A stretch of 64,000 nucleotides of DNA from the human T2T-CHM13v2.0 reference genome, Homo sapiens: the NCBI RefSeq assembly GCF_009914755.1, contig NC_060935.1. One strand, given 5' to 3'. Both the position numbers and the translations under genes were made by a program. Numbering within the stretch: position 1 is the stretch's first letter; each line of letters starts with the position of its first letter. The notes beneath the pieces are model-generated. The model saw only the letters and a list, made by a program, of their open reading frames with translations, searched no databases and was not told the origin of the DNA. Below, in pieces: positions 54,138 to 64,000 of this stretch.

Positions 54138-54247
54138 CTAATTGTTTCTTTTCCCAAGAGCTGACATTTGTGGGAATAGAATCTAGAGGGAGATCATTAT
54201 CATTGTTTGTTCCCTATCAGACTCTTACTCTTACCCAGCATATAAAA
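54138..54247 (+). promoter_or_regulatory. Candidate OR promoter: homeodomain sites, O/E site and TATA box
   Basis: CTAATTG (54138-44), TCCCAAGAG matching O/E YCCCNNGRG (54152-60), TCATTA (54194-99) and TATAAAA (54241-47). Confidence 0.55.
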
Positions 54248-54393
54248 TCCTCACATCAGCCACCCTTTGCAGAGTGCCAGATGGCTTTAGGCATCAGCTT
54301 TGTCAGAGATCAGGATGAATGACTCAAAATAATTGCCAAGGAGACTTTTGGGCTATGACCTCCTCGTACCATCAGATTCATTTTTCCCTCCAG

Positions 54394-54443
54394 AGCAATG
54401 GAGAAGAAAAATGTACAACCCTGGACCCTGGCAGAAAGGATGG
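54394..54443 (+). other. Candidate upstream coding exon of OR8G3P (MEKKNVQPWTLAERM + G)
   Basis: Acceptor TTTTTCCCTCCAG| at 54393, ATG at 54398 in GCAATGG context, and donor TGG|GTATGT at 54443/54444. In frame with the OR ORF via the acceptor at 57330. Confidence 0.45.
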
Positions 54444-54897
54444 GTATGTATGAGTCCCAGTCTTTGACTTTAAAATCTTGGAGTCTCCTGTTCCAGCTTC
54501 TTTCGCAGTGCAAAGAGAGATGCACACAGCTATTCATCTGTCTCTCCCTGTCCTTATTCTCACATTCACATGCCTTGATGAGCAGTGGTTCCCTTGTCAT
54601 CTACTTGTTCTCTGCAATATACATTTATGACAAACACTTCTGTGTTTACTCATTTCAATTCAGGCAGTAAGAGGGTTTTTATTCAGTTATTTTGAATCCA
54701 TATTTACATATCTCTAAGCTTCTTTGAGCAATTTTATTGAACATATATGTATTGAGTTGCTATATGCAAGGCACTACACCAAGCACTATATTGAATTTAT
54801 AGTCTAGTACAGAAGAAAAGCAAATAAATAAATAATAATAACATAGAATGAAATTAGTGTTACATGTAAACATAAGAAATATATGTATGGACATAGA

Positions 54898-54961
54898 AAA
54901 TGGCCTTATTAAGTAGAGTTTGCACTATTAAATGGCCTTATTAAGTAGAGTTTGCACTATT
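54898..54961. repeat. Perfect 32-bp tandem duplication
   Basis: AAATGGCCTTATTAAGTAGAGTTTGCACTATT repeated twice. Confidence 0.95.
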
Positions 54962-56749
54962 AAAGCCCTTAACTAAAGAGCCTTAACTATTAAATAGGAT
55001 GTCATAGGCTACAGGTGATAGACAAAGAGAAAAATTAAAGGGGCATCATGAGTTAAAACTGAGAGAGTACCAAATGGCCAAATCATGTAATAGCCAAATC
55101 ATATAGTACTTGTTGGGACATAAAAGAAGAAAACTTTTATTTTGGTTGCCAGATGATAACAATCTTTGAATAAGAGATATTGATTTGAGCTTCCTATGAG
55201 GAAATGAAAAATAGTGCTGATTTAAAGAGGTTACTGTTCAGTAAAAAAAATAATTCTGAATCTCTGTGTTAATATGTGTATCCATGTAGGAAGGAGCAAA
55301 AACAAGATATGCTGAGGGAGGGAAAAAACCTTCAGCCATCATTATTGGAATAAAAATTTGAGCAAATAAAAAATATTTCAGAGAAGGCTCAATAGATTAC
55401 AGTTAAAATAACACTGACATTTATTAAGTTCTTACCAACAGATGGGAACTATGCGTCTTTTGATTTTTACATGAGAATGATATTAACATTTCTACTTTTT
55501 AGAGGCCTGAAGACGAGAAGTAATTTTCTCAAGATCACACAGCATGTATATGGTTGAGATGATATTTTAACCCAGACTGCCTGATCTAATATCATAGCCC
55601 ATTAGAATTTTAAATCATGAAATATTGGAACCAGAAGATATATTAAAGCTGATTGAATTCAAGCACCCATCTCATGCTGTGTCCTTGAATAATGTCTGCT
55701 AAATGGTTATACAAGCTGACTCTGACATTTCTGGCTATAAGTAAATTAAGGTGTGTTTGACTTTTGGAATGTTCTTTTTTGTTGTGAAACCAAATATTTC
55801 TCTCCATCATTTGAAGCACTTAGTTTTTATTTTTTCTCTCTTAGAGACATATACAAGGAGCCCTATACCTCTTAGATATTTTGAACATTTGGATATAAAT
55901 GCCATGTGCCACATATATTTATATTGTGCTAGCTAAAACCTCAGTTATGTCAGTCATTATTCAAATGACAATATTTTTAGATCATGTTTCTGATATTGTC
56001 CAGTTTTTCTATATTCCACATAAAATATTAAACCCTAAACTGAAAACACTAATCCAGCTATTGCTGGAGTGTTACATAAGACCATAAATTTCTTTCATCT
56101 AGAATCTACTAATTTTCTTTGCAAAAGTAAATATGTATTAGCCTTTTTTGAAAATCCACATCACACTGTTGACTAGTTTTATATTTAGACTAAGATTGTG
56201 AATTGTATTTTGCATGTGCTCTACTAATCCACATAGCCATTATCTTTAAATTTTATAGTGAGCACAGGCAAAATATATGATTATAAAAAGTGATCAGTGT
56301 AGAAGATATCTAATGTTTGTTTTCAGAAAGCCTTCTCGGTTTTGGAGAATATGAGTACTTTTCTGATCTTCTCCAATTCAGCCACGAAGTACACTTAATG
56401 TAGACCAATCATAGTTTTCTGCTCCCCTGGCCAGAATGGGATAATAGGTGACCTGCATTGAGACCATTGTATTACTCCCTTGGGATTATTCAAATTAGAA
56501 CAAGAGAGGCAATTCCCTTACTGTTGGAAAAGCTCCTGAGGTATAAGGATGCTATCAGCCACGCAGTTATGTTTTTGCCTTGCAGAATAGCAGGTCTGGG
56601 TGAAGAAAGTTGAGAAATAAAGAGCTGAAATTTCGGGCAGAATGAGACAGGTCATTACCCAGTTCTTCAGCTATTTTTAGTTGAAATTCTCATAAGAAAA
56701 GTAACTCAGACTAATATAACTAATTTTATAAACTCATGCCTTCTATTTT

Positions 56750-56775
56750 TAGATAGATTAGATAGATAGATAGAT

Positions 56776-56821
<46 letters not shown>

Positions 56822-56923
56822 TGAGGTCTTGCTTTGTTGCCCAGGCTTGTCTCAAACAAGTGATCCTCCCACCTCAGCTTCCCAAAGTGCTGGGATTACA
56901 GGCATGAGCCACTGCGCCCGGCC
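56750..56923 (-). repeat. (TAGA)n microsatellite abutting a FLAM/Alu monomer
   Basis: TAGA array to about 56820, then GAGGTCTTGCTTTGTTGCCCAGGCT...GAGCCACTGCGCCCGGCC. Confidence 0.88.
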
Positions 56924-57347
56924 AGGACTTCTATATTGATACATTATAAGGAGCATTTGGTTCTCTTTCCTAATCTGAGTAAAATGAAAATCTCATGGCT
57001 ATGCTATTTGATGTGCATGACGTATTTATATCCTAGAGAATATGGTAGGAAAGAAAAGAATCCTCTGAAATAACATTAGTAGCTTGCTTTCTTATTGAGG
57101 TCAAAAATTGGTGTTTTCTCTTAAAAGGATATGAACTAAATTTTAATGTTTTTGATGTCTGCAGTTCCTCCTCTGGTCGACCAGACTATTGTCTATTAAA
57201 CAGTAGCAAGAGAGGCTCAGGAGACCACTGCATTCTGTTTCTCCTCTGATAAGGTATAGAATATGCAATGATTTACAAATAATTTCTCTCTCACACACAA
57301 ACACATTCAATTTCTCTTTTTAAAACTTAGAGACTGTTGACAAGATC

Positions 57348-58280
57348 ATGGACCCTGGAAACCATTCCTCAGTGACTGAGTCCATTCTGGCTGGGCTCTC
57401 AGAACAGCCAGAGCTCCAGCTGCGCCTCTTCCTCCTGTTCTTAGGAATCTGTGTGGTCACAGTGGTGGGCAACTTGGGCATGATCACACTGATTGGGCTC
57501 AGTTCTCACCTGCACACACCTATGTACTATTTCCTCAGCAGTCTGTCCTTCATTGACTTCTGCCATTCCACTGTCATTACCCCTAAGATGCTGGTGAACT
57601 TTGCGACAGAGAAGAACATCATCTCCTACCCTGAATGCATGGCTCAGCTCTATTTATTCAGTATTTTTGCTATTGCAGAGTGTCACATGTTGGCTGCAAT
57701 GGCGTATGACTGTTATGTTGCCATCTGCAGCCCCTTGCTGTACAATGTCATCATGTCCTATCACCGCTGCTTCTGGCTCACAGTGGGAGTTTACATTTTA
57801 GGCATCCTTGGATCTACAATTCATACCAGTTTTATGTTGAGACTCTTTTTGTGCAAGACTAATGTGATTAACCATTATTTTTGTGATCTTTTCCCTCTCT
57901 TGGGGCTCTCCTGCTCCAGCACCTACATCAATGAATTACTGGTTCTGGTCTTGAGTGCATTTAACATCCTGATGCCTGCCTTAACCATCCTTGCTTCTTA
58001 CATCTTTATCATTGCCAGCATCCTCCGCATTCACTCCACTGAGGGCAGGTCCAAAGCCTTTAGCACTTGCAGCTCCCACATCTTGGCTGTTGCTGTTTTC
58101 TTTGGATCTGCAGCATTCATGTACCTGCAGCCATCATCTGTCAGCTCCATGGACCAGAGGAAAGTGTCGTCTGTGTTTTATACTACTATTGTGCCCATGC
58201 TGAACCCCCTGATCTACAGCCTGAGGAATAAAGATGTCAAACTTGCCGTGAAGAAAATTCTGCATCAGACAGCATGTTAA
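57348..58280 (+). CDS. OR8G3P: Olfactory receptor 8G3: uninterrupted 310-aa ORF with damaged conserved motifs (putative pseudogene)
   Basis: Motifs [22 protein letters not shown] (R122C), KAFSTCSSH and [15 protein letters not shown] are present. No stops or frameshifts. Confidence 0.82.
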   Translation: MDPGNHSSVTESILAGLSEQPELQLRLFLLFLGICVVTVVGNLGMITLIGLSSHLHTPMYYFLSSLSFIDFCHSTVITPKMLVNFATEKNIISYPECMAQLYLFSIFAIAECHMLAAMAYDCYVAICSPLLYNVIMSYHRCFWLTVGVYILGILGSTIHTSFMLRLFLCKTNVINHYFCDLFPLLGLSCSSTYINELLVLVLSAFNILMPALTILASYIFIIASILRIHSTEGRSKAFSTCSSHILAVAVFFGSAAFMYLQPSSVSSMDQRKVSSVFYTTIVPMLNPLIYSLRNKDVKLAVKKILHQTAC

Positions 58281-58473
58281 TGAATAGAATCAATGTTATG
58301 TTGTTACGTCAAGATAGGTCTTTGGTTTGATTAGATATCTAACTTATTGGATTTATTGTTGAGATTTATGAAAATTTAGTGATGCTCTTTTATGTAACAC
58401 CTCTCCAAAATATTCCTCCGGTCTGCTTCCATCGAACTTATATTCCAATGAGCATATGTAAAGAAATACAAAG

Positions 58474-58479
58474 AATAAA
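58474..58479 (+). terminator. Candidate polyadenylation signal for OR8G3P
   Basis: AATAAA about 195 nt after the stop, followed by T-rich sequence. Confidence 0.35.
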
Positions 58480-58519
58480 ATCAAAAGACTTTTGAGGTTT
58501 AAAGTATCCCTAGTTTTAT

Positions 58520-58815
58520 TTATTATTATTATTGAGATGGAGTCTAGCTCTGTCACCTAGGCTGGAGTGCAGTGGTTCGACCTTGGCTCACTGCAGCCTC
58601 CGCCTCCCAAGTTCAAGAAATTCTTTTGCCTCAGCCTCCTGAGTAGCTGAGATTACAGGCGTGTGCCACCATGCCTGGCTAATTTTTAAATTTTTAGTAG
58701 AGACAGGGTTTCACCATATTGGCTAGGCTGGTCTCGAACTCCTGACATTCAGTGATCTGCCTGCCTCGGCCTCCCAAAGTGTTGGGATTACCGGTTTGAG
58801 CCACTACTCTCAGCC
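58520..58815 (-). mobile_element. Alu (AluS type)
   Basis: Reverse-complement dimeric Alu. TSD CCTAGTTTTAT (58509-19 / 58816-26). Confidence 0.95.
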
Positions 58816-60239
58816 CCTAGTTTTATCTTTTAATTATAATATAGACAGCAACCTCAACAACAACAGCAATGATGATGATGGTAATGAGAATGATAGTAAT
58901 AACATATATTATTGAAAGTTTATGAAATATCAAGCACCCAGCTAAATGGGTCACTCTATTTAACATTTACAGTATTACTTCAGGGAAAGTCTTAGTATTA
59001 TTATGCTTTTAAATATGAAAAAAATTAAACATTTATTTGAGTGACTGCTCAGGGTTCCAACCATAATATGACATTGAGACTGGAAAGGTTGGCTCAAGGA
59101 CTTTTGACATTATTCAAAGTGGTACTTGGTCCAGGTAATTGTGAGTAGGTCTAAGGACTCTAGAGAATTTCTGTCTGCAAATCAAGCTTCCCCCGTTCCC
59201 TATGACATGTTCCCTACATGATTGTGTCACTGTCCTCTGGACAGCTTCATGACAGTTTCACTTTTATTTCATTTATCATAATGAACATAACCAAAATCTT
59301 TCAAATTTGTAATGATCTACGAAAAACAAAGCAAAACCAGAAAATTATTCTAGTCTTATTATAGAGATGCATTGTAGATACTTATATTATTATACTTCAT
59401 ATCAACAATTTATAAAAAACACACATTGTTTTATCGTCATACCAATAACACTATGGCTCTTTATGAGGCAGATCACTGGGGCAGCTGAAAATTCTACTAA
59501 GTTGCATTGCTTCCATGTGGTTCACACTCTTTGGTATCATAATTTATAAACAGGTGCCATTTTATGTCAAATTTTCCTTAAAAAAATCTCTTCTCTGCCC
59601 TCATGTTATTACTTTTCTGCTTCTGGGCATTTAACATCCTGTAACTGTGAATATCCACGATATTCTAATTACTCGATTGCCTGTGTCTCTCCCCAATTTA
59701 AATTACCTACTCGCTATTGTCAGATCAATATTTTTTGATGCTGTTCCGTGTTATTCAACTAATATAACAAGTTTCGGTGTTCACTATAATTTCCTAATAT
59801 AGGAACAACTAGTACAATATGTCTTTATCATTCTTATATTTCATTATCCATCCATTCAATGCAGTAAGAGATTTGTTCTCAAGGACCCATTGCATTTATT
59901 ATTTCACTTAATTTTCATCATTTATATAAAGTAAGGGAAAATGGCTACAACTATAACTCTTGTCTTAGGCATGATTCCCAGTCTAGCACTGTCCAACAGA
60001 CTGTCATATATACCAATAGGCTAAAAGAGGACAAACCAAAAAGCACTGTTGGGTAGACACTTGAATCAATATGGCTTGAGCTCATACACAAAATATAGGC
60101 TACTTAAAAGGCAGTAGCTTTATCAAGGAAGAGGGAAAAAGCATGTCATATTCAGGGTACTATAATCAAGGCACAAAGATAGAAGAGTAAGCTGAAGTAG
60201 TTCATGAACCACCCTGGGTCACTGTAAGACACCACTCCT

Positions 60240-61770
60240 TATTTTTTTTAATTTCAAGTTTCAATTTTTGTGGGTACATAATAGGTGTATATATTTATGG
60301 GTTGCATGAGATATTTTGAAACAAGCTTGCAATACATAATAATCACATCAGAGTAAATGGTTTATCTATCACCTCAAGCATTTATCCTTTGTGTTATAAT
60401 CCAATTATACCCTTTTAGTTATTTTTAAATATACAATTAAATTATTTTTGACTATAGTAACCCTATTGTGCTAGCAAATACCAGGTCTTTTCCATTCTTT
60501 CTATTATGTGTACCCACTAACCCTCCCCATTTTCCCAACCCTGCCCCCCCATCTGACCCCACCTACTACCCTTCACAGCCTCTGGTAACCATTCTTCTAC
60601 TCTCTATCTCCATGAGTTCAATTGTTTTAACTTTTATCTCCCATGTGTGAGAACATGTGAAATTTCTCTGTCTGTGCCTGGCTTATTTCACTTAACATAA
60701 TGACCTCCAGTTTCATCCATGTTGTTGCAAATGACAAAATCTTATTCTTTTTTATGGTTGAATAGTACTTCGTTGTGTATATGTACCACATTTTCTTTAT
60801 CCATTTGTCTGCTAATGGACACGTAGGTTGCTTCCAAATCTTGGCTATTGTGAATCGTGCTGCAGTAAACATAGAAGTGCAGATGTCTCTTCAACATACT
60901 GATTTCCTTTCTTTGGGGTGTATACTACGAGTGGGATTGCTGGATTGTAAGGTAGCTCTACTTTCAGTGTTTTGAGGAACCTCCAAACTATTCTGCCTAA
61001 AGATTGTGCTAATTTACATTCCCACCAAGAGTGTACAAGGGTATCCTTTTCTCTACATCTTCATCAGCATTTGTTAAGCCTGTCTTTTGGATAAAAGCCA
61101 TTTTAACTGGGGTGAGATGATATCTCATTATAGTTTTGATTGGTGTTTCTCTGATGATCAGTGATGTTGAGCATCTTTTCATATGCCTGTTTGCCATTTG
61201 TATATCTTCTTGTGAGAAATGTCTATTCAAATCTTTTGCCCATTTTTAGTTGGATTATGAGTTTTTTTTCCTATAGAGTTGTTTGAGCTCCTTATACACT
61301 CTAGTTATTAATCCACTATCAGATGAGTAGTTCGCAAATATTTTCTCCCATTCTATGGATTTTCTCTTCACTTTGTTGATTGTCTTCTGCTGTGAAGAAG
61401 CTTTTTAACTTGATGTGATTCCATTTGTCCATTTTTGCTTTGGCCTGTGCTTGTGGGTATTACTCAAGAAATCTTTTCCCACTTCAATGTCCTGGAAAGT
61501 TTCTCCAATGTATTCTTGTAGTAGCTTCCTAGTTTGAGGTCTTAGATTTAAGCATTTAATCCATTTTAATTTGATTTTTGCATATGGTAAAACATAGGGG
61601 TCAAGTTTCATTCTTCTGCATGTTGATATTTAGTTTTCCCAGCACCATTTCCTGAAAAGAATGTCCTTTAGTTCCAATGTATCTTCTTGTCACCTTTGTA
61701 GAAAATGAGTTCACTACAGATGTACAAATTTATTTCAGGTCTATCTGAATGTTTTATTCCAATACCATGT
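60240..61770 (-). mobile_element. L1MA-type 3' portion
   Basis: Minus-strand ORF2-like peptides ([28 protein letters not shown]; MKLDPYVLPYAKIKLKWIK) and an L1MA 3' UTR. Confidence 0.88.
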
Positions 61771-63932
61771 TTAAATCAGTCTCTCAGTGATTCTCATTAT
61801 TGTATAATTACTTATGAAAAGGCCTATTGATAGCATTCCCATTTATCATCTCAACCAAGCTTCAACTATTTCTCACTCCTATTATTTATCATGTTGATGT
61901 AATAGTTAGTCATAGTCTGCTCTCCTGTGAAGTGGTGATCCAAATACATCATAATTTGTTATAGACATCTCAGAATCCTGCAGGCATTGTAATTCTAAAG
62001 CGAAATAGAAGCTCTCTGATACATGATATGAAAGAACTTGCTGCACTCTGAAAAAATGTTTGTGGGAAGGATTTAATACGAGATATCATGGAACACCTCA
62101 ATTCACAGAGTGGTCCATACACCAGCAGCATTGGCAAAACTTGACAGATGCTTAAAAGTGCAAATCTGAAGCTATGTATCAAACTTACCAAATCAGAATC
62201 TGCATTTGAAGAGGATCCCCAGTGTGATAAGCTTTTAAGAAATGCCGGTATCTGACTTCAGATCCCAAGATTTTGAAGTGATATGCGGAGGACATCTAAT
62301 ATTGTATTTTAAAAATCCCTTGGTTTTAAATATGCAGTAATAATTGAGAAAGATGAATATAGTCCAATCATCGACTTCTTTAAGTAGAATTGAACCTAAT
62401 GTATTTATCTCTACTTTGATATGAGTGTCCAAATTTACCTTGATTTATTCTGTGAAGACTGCATCCAATTATTCCTATGTTAGAGAAAAACAGGAAAAAT
62501 ATATAAGAAATAAGAAGGAACATGGAACATAGGAAGCTAAAAATAAAATATCTAAATATTCGAATTAATGCAGGAAAAATATTATTAAGGGATCTTAAAA
62601 AAGTTAAGTACTATATCAATATTATGAATTCCTACCCCATATCTCTTAAAATCCAAGTATATATAGATTTTACTTTTGAATCAAGTATATACCTGTTTAT
62701 ACATAAAATAAATTAAACATTTTTGCACAAGGAAATAGGTGGCTTAATTGGTTATTTAGTATTATCTAGTCCTATTAGCAGTAAGATAACTTGTCAGGAT
62801 ATGCCTGGTGCTCTGAAACCTGCTCATTATAGTGTAGGCTGTGAACCAATAGCACTGGCTATAAGAAGTGAAGAATCTCAGACCCCACTCAGACCTGCAG
62901 GATCAGTGTCTATATGTTAACAAAATGCTCAGGTAATCCCTGCACACAAAACTTTATCACTAATTGATAAGTTTAGGATTGACAGATAATCTCACTTGAG
63001 GAAAAAAAAAAAAGGCCACTAGAGAGTCAACTGTAATTGCTTCTTTTCTCAAGAGCTAGCTTCCCTGAGAAATGGAAATCTCTGTGGAATATTTGTTCCA
63101 TGTTATTTGGTACCTGATGTGTTTAAACCAAGGACATAGCTTTATAGCACAGCCATCAGAACTGCTCCGGCGACTGTCAAAGGCAAGGATATTTGCTTCT
63201 CTGGTGCTGCAGAAAAAAATGAAAGGTTACAATTGTGGATGCTGATTTGTGATGTAGACCAGCTTCTGAGGCCAGACTGAGGGATGTGCCCTGCCCTCTT
63301 TCTCAGCACAAAAGATAGTAGAAACACCCAACACCAGCATTAGTGCCATTCTTTTCCAAGTCAAAGAGAGTAAGTTGCAGGTAAAATTTGGCATTGCATT
63401 TCTCAAGCAGAGGTAAGGTGACTGCGGTCATCTCACACTTGTGATTTAAAACTATTAGGCCTGAAGTAATTGTTGTCAAAATTCAAAGATCCCTCTAAAA
63501 ACATTCATTCATTCTTTCATTCACTCATAAAATATTTTTAAGCACCTTTGATGTGTCAGATGCTGGTTACTTGGGTTAAAGAAGAGGAGAAGTTTAAGTT
63601 AGTCTTACATCTGTCTTATAGTTTAGCTCACAGTGTACAATTGCATTGTGTTAGAAATAATAGGTTGCTTTCTAAGCTTGTGTTAGGAAGGTCAATCTAT
63701 TCCAGTGAGTTGCAGATGTCTTCCTGATGGTGTAATTTTTAAATGAGACTTGGAAGAAATACAATTTCACCAGGCAATTGAGGGATAGGATTTAGTAAGA
63801 CTATTTCATCTGAAAGGAAGCACAAATAAATGTTCAGATAGCTAAGAAAATATGACATATTCCAGAAATGGAAAGGAACCAAATGTGAACTAGGTCTGGA
63901 GAATTGCAAGAGGTAGCATAGATTGTCATACT

Positions 63933-64000
63933 TTATTCTTTTTTTTTTATTTTTGAGACTGAGTCTCGCTCTGTCACCCAGGCTGGAGTGCAGTGGCGCT
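63933..64000 (-). mobile_element. Alu 3' end, continuing beyond the window
   Basis: T-rich tail followed by GAGACTGAGTCTCGCTCTGTCACCCAGGCTGGAGTGCAGTGG. Confidence 0.9.

Overview
Primate (very probably human) genomic DNA from an olfactory receptor (OR) cluster. Gene content and spacing match my recollection of 11q24.2. Four + strand OR loci are present. OR10D1P (976-1911) has one nonsense codon. OR10D3 (27816-28754) has a premature TAG at codon 252 in this haplotype. OR8F1P (49755-50687) has four frameshifts forming two compensating pairs. OR8G3P (57348-58280) has a full 310-codon ORF, but DRY is changed to DCY. The rest is AT-rich intergenic DNA with L1, Alu, MIR and L2 repeats and several solo LTRs, most with visible target-site duplications (TSDs): LTR22-like, MLT2, LTR12C, MLT1, MER41/LTR23-like, MER50, LTR1 and MER52. 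The most notable observations are: (1) a homeodomain + O/E + TATA promoter and an ATG-bearing exon about 3 kb upstream of OR8G3P that would splice in frame to add 21 N-terminal residues; (2) a roughly 1 kb inversion that splits an LTR1; (3) a twin-primed, 5'-inverted L1 carrying an LTR with a PBS-like motif inside its 3' end; (4) the OR10D3 null allele; (5) a cluster of inverted repeats at 14.6-14.9 kb and a CTCF-like site between the OR10 and OR8 genes. No prokaryote-type system is evident. Gene and repeat-subfamily names come from recognition, not from database searches.
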